From contig JAIPHU010000008.1 in the NCBI GenBank assembly GCA_021735045.1, positions 1 through 32,000 of the forward strand: a DNA stretch of 32,000 nucleotides, written 5' to 3'. A program made the translations under genes and the position numbers. Origin of the DNA: Candidatus Omnitrophota bacterium. Lineage in GTDB: Bacteria > Omnitrophota > Gorgyraeia > Duberdicusellales > 4484-171. Below are positions 1 to 8,916 of this stretch, piece after piece. Position 1 is the first letter of the stretch; every line of letters starts with the position of its first letter. The notes under the pieces were generated by a model. It ran no database searches. It was not told the origin of the DNA and was given only the letters and a program-made list of their open reading frames with translations.

Positions 1-10
1 CCATTAAAAA

Positions 11-183
11 TGCAATTATTTAGCGAATACCTTTATTTTTAATGGCACTAAGCCGAATTACTCGGCGCAGTGCCTTTATACCTAATGCAATTATTTAGCG
101 AATACCTTTATTTTTAATGGCACTAAGCCGAATTACTCGGCGCAGTGCCTTTATACCTAATGCAATTATTTAGCGAATACCTC
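11..183. repeat. 75-bp direct tandem repeat: two identical full units (11-85, 86-160) plus a partial third (161-183). Each full unit carries a GC-rich interrupted hairpin (44-74, 119-149).
   Basis: Direct reading: tgcaattatttagcgaatacc recurs at 11, 86 and 161 (period 75), with no mismatch across the two full units. Inside each unit GGCACT/AGTGCC and GCCGA/TCGGC pair around loop ATTAC. Bases 1-10 (ccattaaaaa) are the reverse complement of 36-45 (tttttaatgg). Confidence 0.95.
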
Positions 184-189
184 TATTAT

Positions 190-600
190 CTAGTTCAAAC
201 AGTTACATCTTCCCCAGTTAAGATTCCTGCCACATCGAGGACAAAGCCCCTGGCATCTGGAAGAACATAGTACTTTAAGCGGAAAATTAAGCAAAATCTC
301 TTCTCTTATGTCTTGGTCGATATTTAAAAAATTATTTAATTCATCTAAAGAATAACTTTTTTCAAAACTATAACTTCTAACCTGGCAGACCTCGGTAAGG
401 CAGCGTGAACAACGAATTTGACAGTGTGTTTTGATCCCTATCTTGCTAATGATTTCATTATAAATTTTCTTAAACTCTCCCTGTATCTTAATGCAATCAA
501 TAAATTTTAGATCAAATCCGTCTAAGTTCCAAGATTCAACCGGAACTTTTTCATCTAAACTTAAACCCTCTTCAGTTATCTTTTTAACTGCTATTTTCAT
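190..600 (-). CDS. yceD: YceD/DUF177 family protein (large-subunit ribosomal RNA accumulation protein)
   Basis: 136 aa. The C-terminal Cys cluster CSSRCQGLCPRCGRNLNWGRCNC plus the earlier CSRC are typical of DUF177. The start overlaps the coaD stop by 17 nt. Confidence 0.8.
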   Translation of the reverse strand: MKIAVKKITEEGLSLDEKVPVESWNLDGFDLKFIDCIKIQGEFKKIYNEIISKIGIKTHCQIRCSRCLTEVCQVRSYSFEKSYSLDELNNFLNIDQDIREEILLNFPLKVLCSSRCQGLCPRCGRNLNWGRCNCLN

Positions 601-1072
601 CTAACTTCTCACCGACTGCCGACAAGACTGACTCCGGTAAAAACTTCTTTAAATCTCCCCCCAATAAAGCAATTTCTTTTATCAAATGAGAAGAAATAAA
701 GGAGTATTGAGGATGCGTCATTAAAAATAAAGTTTCAATTCTGGGAGCCAAGCTTTTATTAGTTAAGGCCATCTTAAACTCATATTCAAAATCCGACATA
801 GTCCGTAATCCTCTAATGATTGTATTAGCTTTGATTTGATGGGCAAAATCAATAACTAAACCGTCAAACCCTAGAACTTCTAGGCCTTTTATGTCTTTAG
901 TTACTTTTTTAACTAAGTCTATGCGTTGATTGTAAGAAAAAAAACAGTTTTTGGGAGGATCTTTAACTACCGCAACCACTAGTTTTTCTGCCAAAGGGCT
1001 AACTCTATTTATTATATCAAGATGGCCGTTAGTAATTGGATCAAATGTCCCTGGATAAATAGCTTTTTTCAT
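584..1072 (-). CDS. coaD: Phosphopantetheine adenylyltransferase
   Basis: 162 aa. N-terminal YPGTFDPITNGHLDII nucleotidyltransferase motif, with length and overall pattern typical of CoaD. Confidence 0.93.
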   Translation of the reverse strand: MKKAIYPGTFDPITNGHLDIINRVSPLAEKLVVAVVKDPPKNCFFSYNQRIDLVKKVTKDIKGLEVLGFDGLVIDFAHQIKANTIIRGLRTMSDFEYEFKMALTNKSLAPRIETLFLMTHPQYSFISSHLIKEIALLGGDLKKFLPESVLSAVGEKLDENSS

Positions 1073-1075
1073 TAT

Positions 1076-1618
1076 TTACTTCTTGTATATAAGTAGACTA
1101 GATTGGCCGTAGTTTCTTTTTATGACTAAGGAAAAATTTTTGTATTTTTGAGCATAATCATCATTTTCATAACAAAAACCGATTAAGTAACCGGAACGGG
1201 CTAATATATCATAACTTTCTAGCAGTTGCAAGCTCTTTGTAATTAATCCTTTATAGTAAGGAGGATCCAGAAAAATTAGATCGAAACAGATCTTTTTTCG
1301 GTATAAATATTTTATAGCCAAAGAGCATTTTTTGCAATAAATTTCAGTATCTTTACCTATCCCTAAACTATTAATATTATTATCTATAAATTTTATGCTA
1401 TTTTTATCCTGATCTACAAAAACAACCCGGCTTGCTCCACGTGATATAGCTTCTATACCTAAGGAACCACTTCCAGCATATAGATCTAGAACTGTTTTAC
1501 CGTTAGTTAATTCAAATATTATATCAAAACAGCTTTTTTTTACCCTTTGAGAAACCGGCCTTACCCCCGGCGGAACTTTAATCTTTCTCCCTTTTAATTT
1601 TCCTCCTAAAAGTTGCAT
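1076..1618 (-). CDS. rsmD: 16S rRNA (guanine966-N2)-methyltransferase RsmD
   Basis: 180 aa. SAM-binding DLYAGSGSLGIEAISRGA, catalytic FLDPPY, and the conserved rsmD-coaD adjacency. Confidence 0.9.
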   Translation of the reverse strand: MQLLGGKLKGRKIKVPPGVRPVSQRVKKSCFDIIFELTNGKTVLDLYAGSGSLGIEAISRGASRVVFVDQDKNSIKFIDNNINSLGIGKDTEIYCKKCSLAIKYLYRKKICFDLIFLDPPYYKGLITKSLQLLESYDILARSGYLIGFCYENDDYAQKYKNFSLVIKRNYGQSSLLIYKK

Positions 1619-1622
1619 CTTC

Positions 1623-3728
1623 TTACCCCTTAGCCCCTTTTCTAGAAATGTTAGAATGAAAATAGCTCCTAAAATAGCTCCTTAGAGGCTTGGACTGAGG
1701 TTGAGCCAAATAAGGATCTTTCTTGATAATTTCTCTGGCAAAGCCCCGGGCTTGTTTTAAAATTTCTAAATCTCTTAGTGGTTCTGCTATTTTTAAGTTT
1801 GGTAAGCCATGTTGAAGCTGGCCAAAAAAATCCCCCGGCCCTCTCAGCCTTAGATCTGCTTCAGCTATCTTAAAACCATCACTTTCTTCCTCTATTATCT
1901 CCAGCCGCTTCTTAGCCTCTGAAGAGATAGTTTCACTATAAATTAAAATAAAAGTAGCCTTTTGGCTAGATCTTCTAATTCGGCCCCGTAGCTGATGTAA
2001 TTGAGATAGGCCAAATTTTTGTGGACTTTCTACAACCATAGTTGTAGCATTTTTAATATCAAGGCCTACCTCTATTACATTAGTAGATACAAGAATATCA
2101 ACTTCTCCTTTATTAAATTTATCAACTACTGCTAATTTATCTTGATTTTTTAACCGTCCATGAAATACTCCTATCGAAAAGTTAGAAAACCTTTTTTTTA
2201 TCTTTTCACACATCTGTTTTAGTGATTTAACTTCTAAATCATCATTTTGATCAATAATCGGATAAACTATATAAACCTGCCGCTTATTTTTAACCTTTTC
2301 TTCAACTAACTTATAAACCCACTCTCTCTTTTTTTCTAAGACTACAATTGTATCCGGTTTAGTTCGATTCGGAGGCAGTTGATAAATGGTAGATGAATCA
2401 AGATCTCCATAAATAGATAACGCTAGGCTGCGCGGAATAGGTGTAGCACTCATTACTAAACAATTTGGCGAAATTTGGCTTTTTTTAGGCAAAAGCGTTC
2501 TTTGGGCTACACCAAACTTATGTTGCTCATCAATTACCACTAACCCCAATTTTTTAAATTTTAGATTCTTTTGAATTAAAGAGTGGGTCCCCACCACAAT
2601 TAATAAATCTCCTTTAGCTAATTTTTCTAAGATACCATTTTTTTCTTGAGCCGACAAAGAAGAGGTCAACACCTTAACTTTACCTTTTAGGCCGGCTAAA
2701 GCCGGATTAGCCTGTTCTAGCAAATTATCAATTGTCTTTTTATGCTGATGAGCTAAAACTTCAGTAGGTACCATAAAAGCTACTTGCCAAAACGATAAAG
2801 CAGATAAAATAATAGGAAAAAGGGCAACAGCAGTCTTACCGCTGCCAACATCGCCTTGCAGAAGTCTATGCATGGGGTAAGGCTTGCCTAAATCGGATAA
2901 GATTTTACCCAAAACCTCTTTTTGAGCTAAAGTCAGCTCAAAAGAAAAACTTTTTTTAATTTTTTCTACTAGTTTAGAATCTATCTTTAGAGCCGGCCCT
3001 TTTTGAAGGCGATGTTTGGCTTTACGCAGATAAACCATAACTTGTGAAATAAATAGTTCTTCAAAAATAAATCTTTGCCGAGCCAAATCTGCTTCTTTTA
3101 AAGAATCGGGAAAATGTATCTGCCTAAAACTTTTAGCAATATTAGGAATATTTTGCTTATCCCTGATATTAAAAGGAATCGGATCAGAAATTTGCAACCG
3201 GTAATTTTTTAAAATAAAAAATATAGTTTTTCGAATATACCTCTGGCTAAATTCATTCGGCAACCTGTAAATAGGTGTAATTTTACCAACTTCTAAATTT
3301 TGATTGCCGTCATTTTGTTCAAATTTTGGCGAGATTATTTGTAGTTTACCTTTATAGCGGGAAGGCTTTCCATAAACAATTAATTTTTGCCCGACCTTAA
3401 TAGATTCGGCAAGATATGGTTGATTAAACCATTTACAACTAATTTTAGCAGTTTTATCATCTAAGATAACCTCAAAAATACTTTTTGTTTTCCGGGACCG
3501 GATAAAATAAGGAAACTTTTTTAGATTTCTGGCTAGTACTTCACCACTAACTACTGCTGGTTCATTTTCTCTTAAATCTTTAATCTTTATAAAGTTAGTT
3601 CTATCTTCATAACGAAAAGGGAAATAATAAAGAAGATCCTTAAGATTATAAACTCCTGCCTTATCACCAAATACCTTCTCCTTACGCGGTCCTACCCCTT
3701 TAATATAACGAATAGGTATATTTTCCAT
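1623..3728 (-). CDS. recG: ATP-dependent DNA helicase RecG
   Basis: 701 aa. N-terminal wedge/OB region, Walker A GDVGSGKT, DEQH box (VVIDEQHKFG) and a C-terminal helicase domain containing QLHQLRGRIRR. Confidence 0.95.
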   Translation of the reverse strand: MENIPIRYIKGVGPRKEKVFGDKAGVYNLKDLLYYFPFRYEDRTNFIKIKDLRENEPAVVSGEVLARNLKKFPYFIRSRKTKSIFEVILDDKTAKISCKWFNQPYLAESIKVGQKLIVYGKPSRYKGKLQIISPKFEQNDGNQNLEVGKITPIYRLPNEFSQRYIRKTIFFILKNYRLQISDPIPFNIRDKQNIPNIAKSFRQIHFPDSLKEADLARQRFIFEELFISQVMVYLRKAKHRLQKGPALKIDSKLVEKIKKSFSFELTLAQKEVLGKILSDLGKPYPMHRLLQGDVGSGKTAVALFPIILSALSFWQVAFMVPTEVLAHQHKKTIDNLLEQANPALAGLKGKVKVLTSSLSAQEKNGILEKLAKGDLLIVVGTHSLIQKNLKFKKLGLVVIDEQHKFGVAQRTLLPKKSQISPNCLVMSATPIPRSLALSIYGDLDSSTIYQLPPNRTKPDTIVVLEKKREWVYKLVEEKVKNKRQVYIVYPIIDQNDDLEVKSLKQMCEKIKKRFSNFSIGVFHGRLKNQDKLAVVDKFNKGEVDILVSTNVIEVGLDIKNATTMVVESPQKFGLSQLHQLRGRIRRSSQKATFILIYSETISSEAKKRLEIIEEESDGFKIAEADLRLRGPGDFFGQLQHGLPNLKIAEPLRDLEILKQARGFAREIIKKDPYLAQPQSKPLRSYFRSYFHSNISRKGAKG

Positions 3729-3743
3729 AACTAAACTCTCTGT

Positions 3744-4637
3744 TTAAGGCTTCGGATAACTTTTAATAAAATCTTTCAATATTTTTCGATGATCAAAGGC
3801 AATGTCAGATGGTAAATTTTTTAAAGGATTTTTGGCTTTAATTTTAAAAACAAATGCACTTTTTGCATCTGAAGCTGCTTTAAGTTTTCCTTTACCTCTA
3901 CCGGTAAATACCACAGAAACTGTATGAAAACGCGGGTCTCTGCTATTATCTGAATAAGCTCTAAACTGTTTTATATTTTCAAAATCAAGGCCGGTCTCTT
4001 CTTTAGCCTCTCGAACCACTGCTGCCTCTAACGATTCTTGGTAATCAACAAAACCTCCCGGCAAAGCCCAACCCAATGGAGGATTTGTCCGCTCTATTAA
4101 AACTATGCCTTGCTGATAGTTAATAATAGCATCAACAGTAAGAAACGGCCCTTTGTTAGTTTTTATATGATTAAGATAGCCGAATACATTTTTTTTCAGC
4201 GTTTTATAACTTTTATCGGTATCAGCTATAAATAATACTCTTTTTAAAAACCTTTTTTTGTTGCACCTGCTATAGCGAAAAAGTTCTTGGGCCGCTATTT
4301 TAGAAAAGATACCGAGATTAATATTTTTTCTAAAACCTGCGACTAAAAAAGCTACAGACTTGATTTTATGTTTTTTGATTTTTTTAAAACAGTTGAATAA
4401 AGCCCGGCGCATAAGTTCTAATCTAAGGCTGTCAGCAAAATTAACTAAAATAATATAGTTAGTCTTAAAAGAACTATTCTTTACTAGCGCCACCTGAGAT
4501 GCCTTTAATTTCTTTAGGTTCTTACTGCTATCGACTGTTTTTTTTACCTGAGAAAAACAATCAGAAGAAACTACTATAGATTGGATATCTTCCTCTAGGC
4601 TATTTGATAGATCTAATCTTATTCCTTCTAATTCCAT
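3744..4637 (-). CDS. Two-domain protein: an N-terminal macro-like (apparently degenerate) domain fused to a C-terminal Nudix hydrolase of the ADP-ribose pyrophosphatase type
   Basis: 297 aa. Nudix box [24 protein letters not shown], plus RDPRFH and a C-terminal AFDH motif as in NadM-type ADPR pyrophosphatases. The N-terminal ~165 aa follow the macro-fold strand/helix pattern (SIVVSSD..., [25 protein letters not shown]) but lack the Gly-rich phosphate loop. Confidence 0.75.
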   Translation of the reverse strand: MELEGIRLDLSNSLEEDIQSIVVSSDCFSQVKKTVDSSKNLKKLKASQVALVKNSSFKTNYIILVNFADSLRLELMRRALFNCFKKIKKHKIKSVAFLVAGFRKNINLGIFSKIAAQELFRYSRCNKKRFLKRVLFIADTDKSYKTLKKNVFGYLNHIKTNKGPFLTVDAIINYQQGIVLIERTNPPLGWALPGGFVDYQESLEAAVVREAKEETGLDFENIKQFRAYSDNSRDPRFHTVSVVFTGRGKGKLKAASDAKSAFVFKIKAKNPLKNLPSDIAFDHRKILKDFIKSYPKP

Positions 4638-4645
4638 AATAGAAC

Positions 4646-6085
4646 CTACTTCTTTTTTGCTTTTTTATTTAAAATCTCTTCTGCAGCCACTAGAGCTTCT
4701 GACTTTTTATTTACCTTCCCTAAAGCCTGAAGTTCTTTAATTTGAGCTAAAATTTGGCCTAAAACAGGCCCCCTTTTTATCTTAAGATGTTTCATAAGAT
4801 CATATCCATCTATGATTTTAGGCAAAGGCTTTTTCTTTTTTTCAATAAAATGATCTTGAATTAATTTTAACATGATTTTTTCGTGACGCTTCCTTTTTAC
4901 CAAATCTGCTAATGGGCCGCAAGTAGCCCTCCAATCCGCCAAAGAAAGGAAGATAATAGCTGCCCCCTCTTCTCCTGTATCACGAAAAAAACGATAAATA
5001 GCTCTACGGCTAGGTGTAACTTGATCAGCTAAATAACCAGGCCGAAGATGCCAAAAAACCATCTTTTCTAAAGCTTTTTTTTCAACTCGCGATAAACGCA
5101 TTTCTTTAGCAAACCAAGAAGAGATATCTCTACCTACTTTTTCATGAGCATGAAATATTGTCCGGGTTTTAGTTGCTTTTTTTACAAAAGGTTTGCCTAC
5201 ATCATGCAACAAACAAGCTAATTTTATTATTTGGATTCTTTTCCTGTTTGCGGACAAATTTTGATTAAGGTAACTGCTAATTTCTTTTTTGTTTCTTATT
5301 TTCCGCCTACACAACAACTCAAACTGCTTTAGGGCCTCCACTGAATGCTCCCATACATTTAAGTGATGAAATCCTCCTTGAACGGTTTTACGCATTTTTT
5401 CAACATAAGGCAAAATTTGATCTATTACCTTAAGTTTATTCATTTTTCTTATTGTCTTGTAGGAATTTTGGGAGTTAAATATTTTAAAAAGTTCTTCGTT
5501 GATTCGTTCACAAGATATATTTTTTAACTTTCTTTTGTGACAAGAAAAAAAATTTAAAGTTTTATTTTCAATTTTAAAGCCATAGTTAGCTGCAAAAGAA
5601 AAACCCCTCAATATTCTTAAAGGATCATCAACTATTACTCTATTTGATAAGGCTCTTATTCTTTTACTTTTTAAATCGTTAATTCCTTGATGATAATCTA
5701 AAATTTTATGACGATTAGTTATCTCCAATGCTAAAGTATTAATCGTAAAATCTCTCAGCGATAAATCTTTTTTGATATTCTTTCCCCGCATTAATATAAA
5801 ATCATAACTGTAGTTCTTTTTACTTTTATTTAAAACAATTCGAAAACTAGAGGTTTTTTTATCTAATATAACTATCTTTTTTTCAAAAAGCTTAGCTATC
5901 TTGCCCACAAATAAATCTATGTTTTTTTCTACGCAAAAATCAAAATCAGTTAGTTCTTTAGGCACCCCAAGATAACTATCTCTTAAGAAACCACCGACCA
6001 GCCATAGCTTAGTCCCTGCTGATCGAGCTAAATCTGAAATTTTATTTATTTGAGGAATTTTTTTTAGGTGAGTATCTACATTCAT
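4646..6085 (-). CDS. cca: CCA-adding tRNA nucleotidyltransferase (class II polymerase head plus HD domain)
   Basis: 479 aa. Motifs [23 protein letters not shown] and DPLRILRG, with a C-terminal HD domain (LLHDVGKP). Confidence 0.85.
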   Translation of the reverse strand: MNVDTHLKKIPQINKISDLARSAGTKLWLVGGFLRDSYLGVPKELTDFDFCVEKNIDLFVGKIAKLFEKKIVILDKKTSSFRIVLNKSKKNYSYDFILMRGKNIKKDLSLRDFTINTLALEITNRHKILDYHQGINDLKSKRIRALSNRVIVDDPLRILRGFSFAANYGFKIENKTLNFFSCHKRKLKNISCERINEELFKIFNSQNSYKTIRKMNKLKVIDQILPYVEKMRKTVQGGFHHLNVWEHSVEALKQFELLCRRKIRNKKEISSYLNQNLSANRKRIQIIKLACLLHDVGKPFVKKATKTRTIFHAHEKVGRDISSWFAKEMRLSRVEKKALEKMVFWHLRPGYLADQVTPSRRAIYRFFRDTGEEGAAIIFLSLADWRATCGPLADLVKRKRHEKIMLKLIQDHFIEKKKKPLPKIIDGYDLMKHLKIKRGPVLGQILAQIKELQALGKVNKKSEALVAAEEILNKKAKKK

Positions 6086-6123
6086 AGATAAGTTGTTATC
6101 TTAAGGCAAGAAACTATCAGCAT

Positions 6124-6585
6124 CTACTTTATCTTTCTCCCTAAAACTTCACGCAGTTCTCGCAAAAACTGATTAATATCTTTAAACTGCCTGTAAACAG
6201 AAGCAAATCTCACATAAGCTACATCATCTATTTTTGAGAGCTTTTCCATGACTAACTCACCAATATGATTTGAATCAACTTCTTGCTCAAACTTTTTCTG
6301 CAATTTAATCTCAATCTCAGAAACTATCTTTTCTAATTTCTCTACACTTATAGCCCTTTTTTCACAAGCTTTGATTAATCCATCTAAAACTTTCTGCTGA
6401 GAAAAAGGCTCTCTCCGTCCATCTTTTTTTATTACCATCAAAGGAGTTTTTTCTACATATTCATATGTAGTAAAACGCCTTCCACAGCTATTACATTCCC
6501 TTCTTCTTCTTATGGCCGACCCTTCAGAAGTGAGACGTGAATCAACTACTTTATCTTCATTAAAACTACAGTAGGGACAACGCAT
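6124..6585 (-). CDS. nrdR: Transcriptional repressor NrdR
   Basis: 153 aa. N-terminal zinc ribbon MRCPYCSF...[12 protein letters not shown] followed by an ATP-cone. Confidence 0.95.
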   Translation of the reverse strand: MRCPYCSFNEDKVVDSRLTSEGSAIRRRRECNSCGRRFTTYEYVEKTPLMVIKKDGRREPFSQQKVLDGLIKACEKRAISVEKLEKIVSEIEIKLQKKFEQEVDSNHIGELVMEKLSKIDDVAYVRFASVYRQFKDINQFLRELREVLGRKIK

Positions 6586-6596
6586 AGTTATCTAAA

Positions 6597-7070
6597 TTAA
6601 ACCTCTTTTTTGTTAAAATCTTTTAACTTACGTAAAACAACTTTTGCTTCTTTTAGAAACTCCATAGCCATTTTATCAGGATAATCATCAAAAACAACTA
6701 TTTCATCAATACCAGCATTAATAATCATCTTTGCACAAATACTGCAAGGTGAATTCGTTATATAGAGAGTACTTCCTTTAACTGACACACCATGAAAAGC
6801 AGATTGTAAAATAACATTCTGTTCGGCATGAAGCCCCCTACATATCTCATGCCGTTGGCCAGAAGGAACCCCCATTTTTTCCCTTAGGCATCCAGTCTCT
6901 TTGCAATGTTTTATCCCTCTGGGAGCACCATTATATCCGGTAGCAAGAATCTGTCTATCTTTGACTAAAACAGCTCCTACTTTCCGCCTCAGGCAAGTAG
7001 CCCGTTTACTAACTAAAAAAGCCACTCCCATAAAATATTGGTCCCATGAAGGTCTATTCATATTTTTCAT
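6597..7070 (-). CDS. dCMP deaminase (ComEB-type cytidine/deoxycytidylate deaminase)
   Basis: 157 aa. Zinc motifs HAEQN and PCSICAKMI, with the N-terminal WDQYFM typical of dCMP deaminases. Confidence 0.88.
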   Translation of the reverse strand: MKNMNRPSWDQYFMGVAFLVSKRATCLRRKVGAVLVKDRQILATGYNGAPRGIKHCKETGCLREKMGVPSGQRHEICRGLHAEQNVILQSAFHGVSVKGSTLYITNSPCSICAKMIINAGIDEIVVFDDYPDKMAMEFLKEAKVVLRKLKDFNKKEV

Positions 7071-7087
7071 ATCTTAATAGTTACTGA

Positions 7088-8338
7088 TTAATCAACTAAT
7101 TCTTGATAAAGAGGAAATTCTTTAGTTAATTCTAATACTTCTTTTTTGATTGATCCTAAATCAGAACTACTTTCCTTGTTTTTCAAGGCTTTATCAATTA
7201 AATTAGCTATTTTTTCAATCTCTGGTTCTTTCATCTTGCAAGTAGTAACTGCCGGTGTTCCAATTCTAATACCACTTGCTACTGCCGGTGATTTTGTGTC
7301 AAAAGGAATAAGATTTTTATTTACAGTAATATTTACTTTATCCAAGATAAAAGAAGCATCTTTACCAGTTATATTTTTTGCAGTTAAATCAACTAAAAAT
7401 AAATGATTCTCTGTCCCTCCGCTTACAATTCGATAACCTAAATCCGCCATGCTTTTAGCAAAGTGAGAACTATTCTTAACAACTTGTTTTTGATATTGTA
7501 TAAAATCATCCTGTTTGGCTAACCGAAAAGCTACAGCTTTAGCAGCTATAACATGCATAAGTGGGCCGCCTTGATTTCCAGGAAATACTGCTGTATTAAT
7601 TTTTTTACCAAACTCTGACTTAGCCAAAATAAATCCACCTCTGGGGCCGCGTAAAGTTTTATGAGTTGTTGAAGTTACAAAATCTGCATAAGGGCAAGGA
7701 TTAGGATGTAAGCCTGCTGCAACTAAACCAGCAAAATGAGCCATATCCACACACAAAAATGCCCCCACTTTATCAGCTATTTCCCGAAAACGCTTAAAAT
7801 CTATTTTTCTCGGATATGCACTTGCGCCGGCGATTATCATCTTCGGTTTATTATCTAAAGCTAACTGCTCTATATTCTCATAGTTAAGGCATTCTGTAGT
7901 TTTATCAACACCGTAAGAAACTATATCGTAGAACTTTCCTGAAAAATTAAGCGGATGCCCGTGGGAAAGGTGGCCCCCACAAGCTAGGTCCATAGCTAAA
8001 ATAGTATCTCCTGGTTTCAATACCGCCATCATAACTGCAATATTAGCTTGGGTTCCTGAATGCGGCTGCACGTTAGCAAACTCAGCTCCAAAAACCTCTT
8101 TAGCTCTTTCAATCGCTAGATCTTCTGCACTATCAACGAACTCACAACCACCATACCAGCGTCGATGCGGATAACCTTCAGCATACTTATTAGTTAACAC
8201 CGAGCCTTGTGCTTCTAAAACTTCAAGAGGTGCAAAATTCTCACTAGCAATAAGCTCAAGATGTTCTCTTTGTCTTTTTAACTCATAAGATATTGCCGAA
8301 TAAATTTTTGGATCCTTTTGTTTTAATTTTTCAAACAT
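7088..8338 (-). CDS. glyA: Serine hydroxymethyltransferase
   Basis: 416 aa. PLP-lysine motif [15 protein letters not shown]. Strong SD (GAGGAGG) upstream of the ATG. Confidence 0.97.
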   Translation of the reverse strand: MFEKLKQKDPKIYSAISYELKRQREHLELIASENFAPLEVLEAQGSVLTNKYAEGYPHRRWYGGCEFVDSAEDLAIERAKEVFGAEFANVQPHSGTQANIAVMMAVLKPGDTILAMDLACGGHLSHGHPLNFSGKFYDIVSYGVDKTTECLNYENIEQLALDNKPKMIIAGASAYPRKIDFKRFREIADKVGAFLCVDMAHFAGLVAAGLHPNPCPYADFVTSTTHKTLRGPRGGFILAKSEFGKKINTAVFPGNQGGPLMHVIAAKAVAFRLAKQDDFIQYQKQVVKNSSHFAKSMADLGYRIVSGGTENHLFLVDLTAKNITGKDASFILDKVNITVNKNLIPFDTKSPAVASGIRIGTPAVTTCKMKEPEIEKIANLIDKALKNKESSSDLGSIKKEVLELTKEFPLYQELVD

Positions 8339-8367
8339 TTAAGCCTCCTCATAACTAATTGTTATCA

Positions 8368-8407
8368 ACGAATGTACGAATATTTCTCATATTATTCGTA
8401 CATTCGT
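8368..8407. promoter_or_regulatory. Perfect 15-bp inverted repeat (hairpin or operator candidate) in the rpiB-glyA spacer
   Basis: ACGAATGTACGAATA (8368-8382) and TATTCGTACATTCGT (8393-8407) are exact reverse complements around a 10-nt loop. Each arm is two tandem (T)ACGAAT heptads. No U-tract follows on the minus strand. Confidence 0.4.
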
Positions 8408-8449
8408 AGAAGATTAGTAAATTCGATGATTATCTCCATCCGTTGATTA

Positions 8450-8890
8450 TTAACTTTCTTCAACTTTTCGTATCTTACGTAACCTTCGGCTGTGCCTTCC
8501 TCCCTCAAAACCCTCTTTAAGCCAACTTAAAACTAATTTTTTAGTATAATCTAGTTTTAATAAATCTGCCGAAAGCACTAAAACATTGCTATCATTATGA
8601 CGCCGAGAAAGTTTAGCACTTTTTATATTATAAGCTAATGCCGCCCTTACTCCTTTTATTTTATTTGATAAAATACAACTTCCAATTCCAGTAAAACAAA
8701 TCACAATAGCCCTATCAGCTTTTTTATTAACTACTGCAGAGGCGGCCGGATAGATATAGTCAGGATAATCACATGAATCCTTAGAAAATGTACCGAAATC
8801 AATAATTTTATGCCCTTTAGACTCTAAATAGTTTATCAACGTATTTTTTAACTTAAAACCACGGTGATCACAACCAAAAGCTACCTTCAT
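8450..8890 (-). CDS. rpiB: Ribose-5-phosphate isomerase B
   Basis: 146 aa. RpiB/LacAB pattern (MKVAFGCDHRGF..., CFTGIGS, RRHNDSNVL). Confidence 0.92.
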   Translation of the reverse strand: MKVAFGCDHRGFKLKNTLINYLESKGHKIIDFGTFSKDSCDYPDYIYPAASAVVNKKADRAIVICFTGIGSCILSNKIKGVRAALAYNIKSAKLSRRHNDSNVLVLSADLLKLDYTKKLVLSWLKEGFEGGRHSRRLRKIRKVEES

Positions 8891-8916
8891 CTTATTCTCC
8901 TTTTCCTAAGTTATTA

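Noticed and set aside
1-189. Reading the left-edge repeats as a CRISPR array (23-nt repeat tgcaattatttagcgaatacct with ~52-nt spacers)
   Set aside because: The two 'spacers' are identical to each other, so the whole 75-bp unit is duplicated. The repeat and spacer lengths are atypical, and no cas genes are present. This is a tandem repeat, not a CRISPR array.
8339-8449. A ZTP, THF or glycine riboswitch or a T-box upstream of glyA
   Set aside because: The spacer is only 111 nt and AT-rich. It lacks the GC-rich conserved cores of these RNAs (for example the ZTP GGGTCGTGAC...CCGCCTGGGCA-like segments). The only strong structure is the simple 15-bp palindrome.
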